Source: a virus
Taxonomy: Duplodnaviria; Caudoviricetes
Direction: 5' to 3' (one strand)
Length of the DNA: 54,852 nt
IMG/VR virus record: IMGVR_UViG_3300022206_000004
Location: 1 to 54,852 of that record
Part shown: piece by piece, positions 36,561 through 45,339 of the stretch
Numbering within the stretch: position 1 is the stretch's first letter
Layout of the letters: the number at the start of each line of letters is the position of its first letter
Notes under the pieces: generated by a model
What the model was told of the DNA's origin: nothing
The model's input: only the letters and a program-made list of their open reading frames with translations
Database searches by the model: none
Program-made: the position numbers and the translations under genes

Positions 36561-36857
36561 ATGGCAAACGTTGCAAGATTCATCAAGGACCTTGCTACCA
36601 CTGGTATCTACCAGGGAGATGCACGGCTGTACCAACTGGATGAGCCGATCACCGTAGGCTACCAAGACTTTGATGGGGAGGTCTACGAGACCTGCTTTGT
36701 AGCAGTGAGTGCGAACTACACCTTTGATAGGGGACCGGAAACGATGGTATTCGGAGCATTTGAGGACGGTGCGCCTATCAGTGGTCAAAGTTTTGGTCAG
36801 TGCCACGGCTACAACTTTGAGAAAGCACTGGAGCAAGGAGGATTTGAAGTGGAATAG
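36561..36857 (+). CDS. Early hypothetical protein
   Basis: AGGAG RBS; A.LY.L...V.VSA...GPET..F pattern. Confidence 0.7.
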   Translation: MANVARFIKDLATTGIYQGDARLYQLDEPITVGYQDFDGEVYETCFVAVSANYTFDRGPETMVFGAFEDGAPISGQSFGQCHGYNFEKALEQGGFEVE

Positions 36858-36947
36858 TAACCTCAGCGTAAAGGGCCAGAGTGAGGACCTGGTCCTTTAT
36901 ACGGATGTTACTGTTTGTATTATAAACCATTAACAAAAGGAGTAGAC

Positions 36948-37235
36948 ATGGTAAAGTCAGGATTTGAAAGTGGCGTATGGAGCCGTGAGGCCAAGGTTAA
37001 GAGCCTCAGGGATAACGCCAAACAGCCCAAGCCATTCAAGATTGATGGAAGGCGCAAAAAAGAGGCTATGCTTGAGGACCTATACCAGTACGTGAAAGAT
37101 GCTAGGCACTTCTGGTGGACCAGAAAGGACAACCCGTACAAGTTCTGTGAGATGACCAGGGCTGCAGGCAAGAAGGATGCCTACGCCAAGGTCGAAGGTA
37201 TGCTACGCAAAATCTTGGATAAAGGGAGGGACTAA
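36948..37235 (+). CDS. Early basic hypothetical protein
   Basis: AGGAG RBS before the ATG at 36948. Confidence 0.65.
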   Translation: MVKSGFESGVWSREAKVKSLRDNAKQPKPFKIDGRRKKEAMLEDLYQYVKDARHFWWTRKDNPYKFCEMTRAAGKKDAYAKVEGMLRKILDKGRD

Positions 37236-37471
37236 TGCCAGTAGACATCCTTGAGATGCACCGGGAAATAGCAGCAGGAATGAGCGACCTGTGGCGCTAT
37301 ATCGTCATTGATCATGAGGGTAACACCCAGAAGAATCCTCTGACAACGCAGTCTGAGCTTCTTAACATGTTCCCAGAGATCAACCCACGATTCTTTCATA
37401 ACTTTGGTATCACTGAGCTTGTCATTAGGCAGGCCAACGGTACCCAACTAATCCTGAAGAAGGTGAGATAG
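37235..37471 (+). CDS. Hypothetical protein
   Basis: TAATG coupling; GGAGG RBS. Confidence 0.65.
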   Translation: MPVDILEMHREIAAGMSDLWRYIVIDHEGNTQKNPLTTQSELLNMFPEINPRFFHNFGITELVIRQANGTQLILKKVR

Positions 37472-37479
37472 GAGGGCCT

Positions 37480-37671
37480 ATGAGACTTGAGAAGGAATGC
37501 CCCAGGTGTAAGGGCCAGATTGGCTTCTGGCGTGATGGTATCTGGTACCCGTGCATCACATGCAAGACACTTGGGAAGGTAAAGGTAGCCTCTGAGGCTG
37601 AGTACAGAAGGCTGAAACACATGGTCGAGAACCCGGAAAAGGTCAAGACCAAACAACGGGAAAGGAGCTAA
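37480..37671 (+). CDS. Small zinc-finger protein
   Basis: CPRCKG...CITCKTLG. Confidence 0.65.
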   Translation: MRLEKECPRCKGQIGFWRDGIWYPCITCKTLGKVKVASEAEYRRLKHMVENPEKVKTKQRERS

Positions 37672-37673
37672 CA

Positions 37674-37886
37674 ATGGTGCAATCAGGACCAGTAAGCATA
37701 TGGGACCAACACCCAACCAAGTGTACTCTCTGCGAGACCTTGATGCCTCTTAAGGTGTGCAAGAGCGCAGCGGGATACTACCTGGGCTACATATGCCCCA
37801 AGGATGGTCCCTACAGCCGTGAGACCCATTACTGGGCCACTAAGGCTGAGGCCAACGACGCTCTGGAAAGGTGGCTCAATGGATAG
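37674..37886 (+). CDS. Small zinc-binding protein
   Basis: C..C....L.V..SAAGYY.G..C...GPYSRE..Y motif. Confidence 0.7.
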   Translation: MVQSGPVSIWDQHPTKCTLCETLMPLKVCKSAAGYYLGYICPKDGPYSRETHYWATKAEANDALERWLNG

Positions 37887-38406
37887 CCTGTGGTATAAAG
37901 TCTGGTGGCTAATCGTCATTGTTGCCTGTGCTTTGAACCTACTCAACTTCGCAGAACTAATGATCTTCTGAGAAAGGATTGTCACATGATTCTACCTAAG
38001 CCGATAACCGACGAAGGGCTGTACGCTGAGTTGATGCGCTTCCATCATGCCACTGACGGTGAGCTTGATGACCTGCCCTGGAAGGAGGACTGGGAAATTG
38101 AAGAAACCCTATAGGTACGACGAACTATCGGATGTTGTGTGCCGGGAACCCGGTTGCACTAGGCGCTTGAAGAAGAACGTAGTTGAGCGGAAGACGCTCT
38201 ATGCTACCCACTGCTTCAAGCATGAACCCAAGCACCGCATCAGCGGTCATAGCCAGAGGAGCCGCTAGTGGACTCTTACAGCGACATTGACAGGCTGAGG
38301 ATAAAGAAGTGGATCAAGCGTCCACCGGACCCGGCACCGCATATCATGATCTATTGCTGGGATCACCGGGACGCTGAGGTGTGGTTCAAAATAGAAAGGA
38401 GGTAAT

Positions 38407-38447
38407 AAAGAAAGCCCCTCAGGTTAACGCCTGGGGGGCCTTTTTTT
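38407..38447. terminator. Bidirectional intrinsic terminator between convergent blocks
   Basis: GCCCCTCAGG-TTAACG-CCTGGGGGGC with T7 on the right and an A-rich left flank. Confidence 0.85.
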
Positions 38448-38473
38448 GTTGGTACATATCATGTGATAATGGT

Positions 38474-39052
38474 TTATAGTGTGCCTTCAGTGAAGTGAGG
38501 CAGGAAGGGCTTGTCTATGCACTTCTTGCAAGGCATATCATCCAACTCATTTGCCTGGTATACGCACTTCTGGCACGATCTTTCCCCAACCACCTCTGAG
38601 TCCTCAAAGCCAAGGATGCCCGGATCAACAACGGGTGATCCATCTGGTAGGTGGAAGCCATGCTCACTGATGTGCCGCTGGGCCTTTTGTTCGATGAACC
38701 GAAGCTCTGCATTAATGTCATCGAAGATTGCCCGTCGAACCTTATTTGTATACGTATCCTGGGATACCCTCTCACTCTTCTGGGTATTAAAGACTCCAAG
38801 GATACCGTAGCCAGCTATGTCATTCCATGGACTTTCGCCAAAGGCATCCTTCTTGGTTGCGATCCTGAAGAGCTTATCAATGACTCTAATTATCCCCAGC
38901 ATGTCAGTGTACTCCTCAGGCTTCACCCCGTCCGGGTAGAGCAATTCAATAAGCTTCCCGGCCTTTGCAAAGGAGTCTCCATAGGCTTTGTTCTTCTCTT
39001 CGCAGAGCGCTCCTATGTCTCTGCCTATCTCCCCAAGCGTTTTATCCTTCAT
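38474..39052 (-). CDS. Nucleotide-modification-associated (DUF1599/Nmad-like) domain protein
   Basis: KN.AYGDS...R..DKL.RI...W.DIAGYGIL motif; C-terminal Cys cluster. Confidence 0.7.
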   Translation of the reverse strand: MKDKTLGEIGRDIGALCEEKNKAYGDSFAKAGKLIELLYPDGVKPEEYTDMLGIIRVIDKLFRIATKKDAFGESPWNDIAGYGILGVFNTQKSERVSQDTYTNKVRRAIFDDINAELRFIEQKAQRHISEHGFHLPDGSPVVDPGILGFEDSEVVGERSCQKCVYQANELDDMPCKKCIDKPFLPHFTEGTL

Positions 39053-39671
39053 CCATACCTCCTCTCACTGGCTTGATTAAGTCAAGTAGAGCCTTCCCGG
39101 TTACCCGCAGGTCCCCATGTTCCCCCACTTGAAAAGCTTTAAGTTTGCCGCTGTAAATCATTTTCCTAATTGTCACCACGCTATACCGCAGCATATCAGC
39201 CACCTCTTTGACGGTATACACACGGCTCTCCTCTATAAGGTCCACGTTTATCTCTCTCCTCTCCACCCTCTCCCGAAGGTCCCTTGAAGTACTGTCAAAC
39301 CGTTTATATTTGCTGCGCCCAATTCGATCAGGCTTGTAATCGTCTGAGAGCATAGCGTATATGCTTCTACAGGTCTCCTTGAACTGTTCCCTACCCTGCC
39401 AGCGATAGAAAGCGCCCACCTCATTCTTGTAAACCATCTTGAAGTAATACAGGATAAGCGCCCAATCGGTCTTGGTCAATTTGAGAATTATCTTGTCAAC
39501 GTCCACCCAGGTATACCACCAATCCGGGTAATCAAAGTGTTCAGGGGCAAGGTAAGGTGGCTTGGCTATGTCATCCTCATGGATAAAGATAGCTGGGATA
39601 CTATACTCTCTGACGGCATCACCATACTCGTACCAGTAGGTCAGGACTGAAATGCCAGTGGGAAATTTCAT
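39042..39671 (-). CDS. Protein with a C-terminal excisionase-like (HTH_17) DNA-binding domain
   Basis: YTVKEVADMLRYSVVTIRKMIYSGKLKA. Confidence 0.8.
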   Translation of the reverse strand: MKFPTGISVLTYWYEYGDAVREYSIPAIFIHEDDIAKPPYLAPEHFDYPDWWYTWVDVDKIILKLTKTDWALILYYFKMVYKNEVGAFYRWQGREQFKETCRSIYAMLSDDYKPDRIGRSKYKRFDSTSRDLRERVERREINVDLIEESRVYTVKEVADMLRYSVVTIRKMIYSGKLKAFQVGEHGDLRVTGKALLDLIKPVRGGMDEG

Positions 39672-39925
39672 TCTGTATCCTCTGCGCCCGTTTCGTCTGT
39701 GTCAAGCACCATCCTCATATCGTTCACAGCTTGATTGATAGCAGTCTGAAAGTTTACTGCCTCAGCATAATGCTCTGGAGTAACCTTAAGGCGCTGTAGT
39801 AGGGTAACCGCTTTGTGCATCCACATTCTAAGGTTTATGGTCCATTCGGGGACTGGCTCATCCCCATATCTGATATGGTGGTTTTGGTAGACGGGACCCC
39901 TATAAGTCCTCTTCTTCTTCGCCAT
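39668..39925 (-). CDS. Degenerate HNH-like protein
   Basis: Q.HHI.Y...L....H; start MAKKK has an AGGAG RBS. Confidence 0.5.
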   Translation of the reverse strand: MAKKKRTYRGPVYQNHHIRYGDEPVPEWTINLRMWMHKAVTLLQRLKVTPEHYAEAVNFQTAINQAVNDMRMVLDTDETGAEDTE

Positions 39926-40073
39926 CAATATCTCCTGTTCCGAAGCCTGGGTCCTCAACGATACTGAAACCGTCTGTTCCAAGCTCTTCGGTCAGTGGGT
40001 CATACAGAAAGTTTGGGTCATCCCCATCCTCTATGTACCCGAACTGCTCGTCTGACGTTGGTTTACGGGTCAT
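39900..40073 (-). CDS. Very acidic 57-aa protein
   Basis: Hand translation MTRKPTSDEQFGYIEDGDDPNFLYDPLTEELGTDGFSIVEDPGFGTGDIDGEEEEDL; AGGAGGT RBS. Confidence 0.65.
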   Translation of the reverse strand: MTRKPTSDEQFGYIEDGDDPNFLYDPLTEELGTDGFSIVEDPGFGTGDIDGEEEEDL

Positions 40074-40241
40074 TTTTACCTCCTACAAGGGCAGCGCAGA
40101 GGGGGTTCATGGCTAAGGGTATGCATCCCCTGTCATCCATCCCCCCTCGTTGCTCCCAGGTAAGCTAGTTGGTAGGGGGGGCTGGGTGCCACTGAGTGGT
40201 CTTACCCCAACGGGATTCAACCCTACCCCCCACTCATTTAG

Positions 40242-40775
40242 CTAGAACGGAATATCATCATCCCGCTCCCTAGCGGGTCCTCTATCCCTATCGCTATGGT
40301 CATCCCGGCCTCCGCTATCCGCTCTTCTGCTTCCCGAAGAACGTCCAGAGCCTCTTCGATCATCTCTTCGGTCATCGTTACCCCTGCTTGACGGACGATT
40401 CCCACGATCATCCTGCGTACCTCCTCTCTGGTTGCTGCGTTTCTCCCAAGGGTCAGGTATCTCAACTATAACCATAGCCCTGATGAAATCAGCGTATTTA
40501 TTGTTACCATCACGGTCCTTCCAGGTATCAGTCAACTTCTGTCCTTCTACGAATACCCAGTCATCCTTACGTAGCTCCATATCGTCTACGTCCTTGTTGA
40601 TCCGCTTAACCGTGTGATAAGTGTTTCTCTTTTGATACTCCTGTTTCTTAGTATCATACCACCCATCATCGGTAACTACACGGAGTTTAATTGTGGGGAT
40701 TCCTGAACCTGGGATTGATCCATACTCAGGGTCCTCGACGATTCTGCCTGCGATTTGATGCCTGTTCAGTTTCAT
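40242..40775 (-). CDS. ssb: Single-stranded DNA-binding protein
   Basis: OB-fold motifs (N...IAGR...DPE, K.D.VFVEG.....W.D.DG) and C-terminal DDIPF. Confidence 0.92.
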   Translation of the reverse strand: MKLNRHQIAGRIVEDPEYGSIPGSGIPTIKLRVVTDDGWYDTKKQEYQKRNTYHTVKRINKDVDDMELRKDDWVFVEGQKLTDTWKDRDGNNKYADFIRAMVIVEIPDPWEKRSNQRGGTQDDRGNRPSSRGNDDRRDDRRGSGRSSGSRRADSGGRDDHSDRDRGPARERDDDIPF

Positions 40776-41632
40776 TTGCTCTCCTTTTGGTTAAGGTACT
40801 GGCTATAATCCGTTGATCCTGACTTGTCCACTGGGTCTACTTCATAGATGGGCCAACCTCCTTCCAGAATCTTTGTCACGTTCCTGCCAAGCAGTAGCCA
40901 ATCGAAGTTTGGTTTAAACTGTGGCTTCTGCGGGGCGAACACCCCCTCTGGGTCCATTACCATCGGGTATTTCCTAGCGAGTTTAAAGTATGATTCCCAC
41001 CACTCCGTGGCCCTAGCCTCCGGGTGGTTAGACACCACCCAGTTAATCGCTAGTTCTCTCTGAGGTGTAAGCTTAACCACCTTGGGTAACTCAGGCAACA
41101 CTCCGTGGTAAATCTTCACGACCTGCTCAGGTAGTTTCCAGCTTATAACATCAGCAGGTATATTCTCATTCTTTTCATTCTTATCATTATTGTTTGTGTT
41201 CGTAGTCTGTTCGTAGTCTGTTCGTAGTCTGTCCGGTTGCTTGTCCACTTTTTTTGGATCACCCTGGTAAGTATTCCAATTAACTATAGAAATGATAGAG
41301 AATTGCTTGTCCTCTTTGCTGTTCACTACTATCATATTCATAGCCTCTAACTTCTTTATGTAGCGATAGATAGTAGACTCAGGGACATTCTCGAACATAC
41401 CTTTATGTGCTGACTTCCTTCCAAAGATAAACGAACCTCTCTGTACGTGTATTTTTCTGGGTCCCCTGCCGCTATTAACGGTAACCCATTTAGTCTTATG
41501 GTTGGCTCTGTGCAGGCAGTAGCTCCAAACGTAATAAGCTACAGGTCCTAAGGCCCAAACCTCAGACTCTAGGGTTTTACGGTATGACTTAATCCATCCT
41601 AAGCCATCACCTACAAGGTCTATTGGTTTCAC
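40772..41632 (-). CDS. Replication initiator (lambda O-like)
   Basis: GWIK.YRK, ANHK, RGSF..GR, ISI.NW..YQ and C-terminal FDWLL...N..KILEG; carries internal iterons. Confidence 0.85.
   Translation of the reverse strand: MKPIDLVGDGLGWIKSYRKTLESEVWALGPVAYYVWSYCLHRANHKTKWVTVNSGRGPRKIHVQRGSFIFGRKSAHKGMFENVPESTIYRYIKKLEAMNMIVVNSKEDKQFSIISIVNWNTYQGDPKKVDKQPDRLRTDYEQTTNTNNNDKNEKNENIPADVISWKLPEQVVKIYHGVLPELPKVVKLTPQRELAINWVVSNHPEARATEWWESYFKLARKYPMVMDPEGVFAPQKPQFKPNFDWLLLGRNVTKILEGGWPIYEVDPVDKSGSTDYSQYLNQKESK
41161..41240. repeat. Iterons plus AT-rich tract: putative replication origin
   Basis: TGTTCGTAGTC three times in tandem (41197-41229), one degenerate copy, and an adjacent AT-rich run. Confidence 0.75.
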
Positions 41633-41722
41633 TCCGTACTTCCTCCCTCCTCAGTCGGACCTTAGAGGTACCGAACCTAAGGTCCTGCCCTCGTATGGTC
41701 GCAGCAGAGTCTCGCAGATAGA

Positions 41723-41953
41723 CTACCTTCTGCTCAACTCCTTAGCCATAGCTCTTGTCAGGTCCTTCAGCGTGTCTATTCTCTCTTGATACGCCTGCCT
41801 CTCAGCGTGGTGGCTTTTGAACTGGTGGTTATAGAGGTCGTTCATCCTCTTAATCTCCCTCTCATGTAGCTCACCAGCCTTTTCGATGGCCTTTCTCACA
41901 GCCTTCTCAACCTCTTTCTTCTGTCCCTCAGTGAACTTCTTAGTGTTAGCCAT
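41723..41953 (-). CDS. Coiled-coil hypothetical protein
   Basis: 76 aa; GGAGG RBS. Confidence 0.65.
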   Translation of the reverse strand: MANTKKFTEGQKKEVEKAVRKAIEKAGELHEREIKRMNDLYNHQFKSHHAERQAYQERIDTLKDLTRAMAKELSRR

Positions 41954-41962
41954 TCCACCCTC

Positions 41963-42280
41963 CTATGCGGTTAGTATATCCGGGTCAGTAACCCGATAGG
42001 TAGCGGCCTTACATCCTGACAGCGTTTCCTCCTCACCTGAGATATAGATTAGCCCATCCCGCTTAAGCTCTGAGATTCGAGCGGAGCAAGTCTGGTGCTT
42101 GAGTAGCAGCATGAACTCCAGTGCCTCACAGGTAATGTCCGGGGTAAGACCGATCTGGTCAAGTATCTTCTGCCGTATGGACCGTTTATCAGCCCTGATC
42201 TTTCTATGGGCAGCGACTGACTTGGGGTTACCCTTGTGTCTGTTGGCGCAAATGTCTTTACTCATCTTTTTCCTCCTCAT
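41963..42280 (-). CDS. Winged-helix DNA-binding protein
   Basis: TCE.LE..L..KHQT.SARISELKRDGLI motif. Confidence 0.7.
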   Translation of the reverse strand: MRRKKMSKDICANRHKGNPKSVAAHRKIRADKRSIRQKILDQIGLTPDITCEALEFMLLLKHQTCSARISELKRDGLIYISGEEETLSGCKAATYRVTDPDILTA

Positions 42281-42638
42281 AAAGGATTTTCAGTGCCTTA
42301 CTCCAGCCCTCACGTTCTTCTTGGGCATCCATCATCATGATATAGGCTTCATCTGTGTCGGCTAACATTGGTACCTTTGGCGGGGGTAGTGGTTCTACAC
42401 CTCCCCTTTGTGCCTTAAGGTTCTCTACCATTTGCCTTACAGCCTTTTCAGAGATACCCGCTTGATGTTGGTTGATAGCCTGTTGCTGTTGCGCTGTATG
42501 GGAATAGGCACCAAGCCCAAATAGGTTAGTGTTCATCGCATCCCGCATCTCTTCCTGGGCTTTCGCATAGGCCGAATCCATCGCCTGACGTGTTATTTCC
42601 TCAAGTTCTTTTCTTGTGAGAGCCATTAGTAGTCCCAT
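42258..42638 (-). CDS. Hypothetical protein
   Basis: 126 aa in a coupled chain. Confidence 0.6.
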   Translation of the reverse strand: MGLLMALTRKELEEITRQAMDSAYAKAQEEMRDAMNTNLFGLGAYSHTAQQQQAINQHQAGISEKAVRQMVENLKAQRGGVEPLPPPKVPMLADTDEAYIMMMDAQEEREGWSKALKILYEEEKDE

Positions 42639-42961
42639 TAGCCTCCATCGTACTCTATGCGTTCCCTAATCTCTGACAGCAATTCCTCTGTTGTGAAGTC
42701 CTCTATGGGTCTGTACGGAGGAACCCAGGTAATAACAGTGCCTGGGGTATAATCGTAAAGCATTCCACTTGCCCTCTCCAGCAGGTCATCCATACAGGGG
42801 GTAATATCGTTGTCGTGGAAGTAGTCGAGCTTCTCCGCTGCGTAGCGCTGGATGAGCGCCCCAACTGCGGTTGGGGTTGACCCATGGCTGTCTAGCCACC
42901 ACTGGATACTCCTAATAATACGCTGCAACTCATACTGTGACGGTTTCGTTTTCTCTTTCAC
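42638..42961 (-). CDS. Hypothetical protein
   Basis: 107 aa; AGGAG RBS. Confidence 0.6.
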   Translation of the reverse strand: MKEKTKPSQYELQRIIRSIQWWLDSHGSTPTAVGALIQRYAAEKLDYFHDNDITPCMDDLLERASGMLYDYTPGTVITWVPPYRPIEDFTTEELLSEIRERIEYDGG

Positions 42962-43296
42962 TGTTGACTCCTTTCTTTAAGTTGCTCCTTGGTTATCGTA
43001 AACCCACATAAATTACAAAATATGTCATCACTATCTGCAGACGAGAGGAGTGGTGACATCTTTTCCTTCTTCCAACAGTCTGGACATAGTATTAGGTTCA
43101 TTAGTAATCCCCGTTGTCATTGTAGAGGACCCTTGGGTAGTCAATGTCCATCTCTTTCTCGACCTCGACGTTATTGAACTCTATGGTACTTGGGTCATCT
43201 TTGACAAGGCTAATAGCCTCAGATGGTGAGTTTGCTATCACAATACAGCTACCACCAAGCCATAAGCCATCATAGGTTACAAGATATGCTTTAATG

Positions 43297-43482
43297 TCAG
43301 TCCCCCGCTGAGAACGTTAGAAGAAATCCAAACATGGAGAAGAGGTCCTTGAATGTCTCTCTGGTAGCACCGAACATCTGTACCTCAGTGTCAAACCAGA
43401 TAAGGTCTAAGGTCCACTCACGCTCAGACTCATCATACTCTGCCCTAAACTTCCGCAGTAGCTTCATTCCTGTTTGCCTCAT
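43297..43482 (-). CDS. Hypothetical protein
   Basis: 61 aa in an overlapping chain. Confidence 0.5.
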   Translation of the reverse strand: MRQTGMKLLRKFRAEYDESEREWTLDLIWFDTEVQMFGATRETFKDLFSMFGFLLTFSAGD

Positions 43483-43663
43483 TAATCTCGTATAAAATCC
43501 TTGTGGTGAATGGTGGTCTACCCTTGACTATCTCAAACTGTGCGTCGTAAAGCTCTTCGTACCCGAATACCCAGCCAAAATTATCTTGACCATTGGCAAC
43601 GATTGGTACACACGGGCATATCATAACTTGCTGTGTATCGTCTAGCATTGCTATTTGTGACAT
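43445..43663 (-). CDS. Hypothetical protein
   Basis: TGATG-coupled to dnaB. Confidence 0.55.
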   Translation of the reverse strand: MSQIAMLDDTQQVMICPCVPIVANGQDNFGWVFGYEELYDAQFEIVKGRPPFTTRILYEINEANRNEATAEV

Positions 43664-44988
43664 CAGTACTCTCCGTATTGGGTCTGGTCCAGATTAGTAA
43701 ACTTTGTTGAGGTGGCATTCCATGACAGGACTGCCGTCCCGATAGCTCCCTTACGCTGCTTGCGTATTATGGCTTCAGCTATACCGTGGTGGTCCTTATC
43801 GCATACCTCACTAGGACTGTTACAGGCTTGGCAGTAGTACTCATCCCGGTAGAGCATGATAACGACATCAGAGTCCTGCTCTATATCTCCTGACTCTCTA
43901 AGGTCAGCGAGTATCGGCCTCTTATTGTCACGCTTCTCACAGTCACGGTTAAGCTGACATATCAAGACCACTGGGATTTCCAGGTCTTTAGCCGTTGCCC
44001 TCATGATCTTCGCAGCATCTCCAACCTCAAGGTATCTCTGCTTGTGGCTAGACTCACCCTTGATCAGGCCAAGATAGTCGATGACAGCTACTGATAAACC
44101 GTTATATTTTAAATGAGCCTTAGTCATTGCCGCTCTAAGGTCTCTAGCTGTCAGCCTACTTGAGTCATTTATAACTATAGGGAACATATCTTGGAGCCGT
44201 TCAGCCGCACCCTGCAGTCTACTGTACGCAGATTCGTCGTAATATCCAGACCTTACGGCTTCTGCGTCCACCACAGCCTCACTAACCAGCATCCTCTCTA
44301 CTAGGCTTGAGCGATCCATCTCAAGTGACCCAATGAATACAGGGCCTGCGGTAAGCGCAGCATGGTAGGCAATCTGAGCGCCCAATACCGTCTTACCCAT
44401 GCTTGGTCTCCCGGCTACCACTACAAGGTCATTCTCCTGTAGCCCACTGGTCAGCTTATTAATCTTGGTCCATGGAGTGGCTAATCCAGTTACGGTATTT
44501 CCCCCACGTCTGTCCCTGATGTTGTCAATGACATCAAAGGCTACGTCCTGCGCCAGGTAGTTTTCGCCAACCTTTTTCCCTGCGCCCAATTCAGCTTGGT
44601 GATTCTGGAGTGTTACCACCAGGTCTTCAGTCACCGCACCAGCTTCAGCTTCATGAAGAAGGTTATGGGCAAGCCTCAGGACTTGTCTACGTAGAGCATC
44701 ATCCTTAACTATACCCTCGTAAACCCCCTGGCGATTTACGTTTGAGTACATGTTCTTCAGTTCTCGAAGGTAGTCTCTGCACTCCGATAGCTGAGAACCA
44801 GATAACTCCTGCATCTTATTATTAATGGTTACGACATCTGGGATAATGCCATCATCCCTCAGGGCAATAGCTGCCTGCAGGATTTCCTGGTGCCTGTCAT
44901 CAACCAGGTCCTCTGGCAGAAGATCAGTAGTGTGTCCCTGTACCACACTAGCAATGACCTGCTGCTCTGCCTCAAAAAAGTCACTCAT
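43663..44988 (-). CDS. dnaB: Replicative DNA helicase (DnaB family)
   Basis: GRPSMGKT, SLEM, IDYLGL, QLNR, RP.LADLRESG.IEQD.D and KQR.G; start at 44988 chosen from the RBS and promoter. Confidence 0.96.
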   Translation of the reverse strand: MSDFFEAEQQVIASVVQGHTTDLLPEDLVDDRHQEILQAAIALRDDGIIPDVVTINNKMQELSGSQLSECRDYLRELKNMYSNVNRQGVYEGIVKDDALRRQVLRLAHNLLHEAEAGAVTEDLVVTLQNHQAELGAGKKVGENYLAQDVAFDVIDNIRDRRGGNTVTGLATPWTKINKLTSGLQENDLVVVAGRPSMGKTVLGAQIAYHAALTAGPVFIGSLEMDRSSLVERMLVSEAVVDAEAVRSGYYDESAYSRLQGAAERLQDMFPIVINDSSRLTARDLRAAMTKAHLKYNGLSVAVIDYLGLIKGESSHKQRYLEVGDAAKIMRATAKDLEIPVVLICQLNRDCEKRDNKRPILADLRESGDIEQDSDVVIMLYRDEYYCQACNSPSEVCDKDHHGIAEAIIRKQRKGAIGTAVLSWNATSTKFTNLDQTQYGEY

Positions 44989-45016
44989 AGGCTCCTCCGT
45001 TTTATGTGTTATACCT

Positions 45017-45044
45017 AGTATACTCCCCACACGGACAAAGTCAA
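45017..45044 (-). promoter_or_regulatory. Leftward promoter, conserved motif copy 2
   Basis: TTGACT-TTGTCCGTGTGGGGAG-TATACT. Confidence 0.8.
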
Positions 45045-45066
45045 GCGTTTTTTTTGAAAATAATAC

Positions 45067-45094
45067 TTGACTTCATGCGGCTGGGGAGTATAAT
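45067..45094 (+). promoter_or_regulatory. Rightward promoter, conserved motif copy 3
   Basis: TTGACT-TCATGCGGCTGGGGAG-TATAAT. Confidence 0.8.
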
Positions 45095-45100
45095 AGATTT

Positions 45101-45328
45101 AGACGATGGGAGAGAAAGACGAGTCTCCCAAGAGGTTAAAGGCATGTCGGGTAGCCAAGTGTGCTACCTAACCTCAGAGGTTGCAGGGTGAAAGCGTTTA
45201 GCACCGTAAGTATCCTGAGTGACCATGGAGTCCGGGGGAGCGGAGGTCTTAGCACGAAGGCTAGAGGGTTGGACCCTAAGCTAACTAGCTGGACAGACTG
45301 ATGATGTGGACCCCCGGAAAACCTCCAA
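45101..45328 (+). ncRNA. Putative structured leader/ncRNA
   Basis: Consecutive stems TGGGAGA/TCTCCCA, GAGGTTA/TAACCTC, GGTAGC/GCTACC and TCCGGGGG/CCCCCGGA. Confidence 0.55.
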
Positions 45329-45339
45329 AAGGAGTAATC

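Noticed and set aside
41197-41229. Tandem 11-bp repeats as a mini CRISPR array
   Set aside because: There are no spacers, the units are too short and they lie inside the initiator gene; iterons fit better. No CRISPR array was seen near the Cas4-like gene.
45298-45321. CTGATGA...GAAA resembling a hammerhead ribozyme core
   Set aside because: The intervening sequence does not form stem II with the required closing pair, and it is better used in the CCCCCGGA helix.
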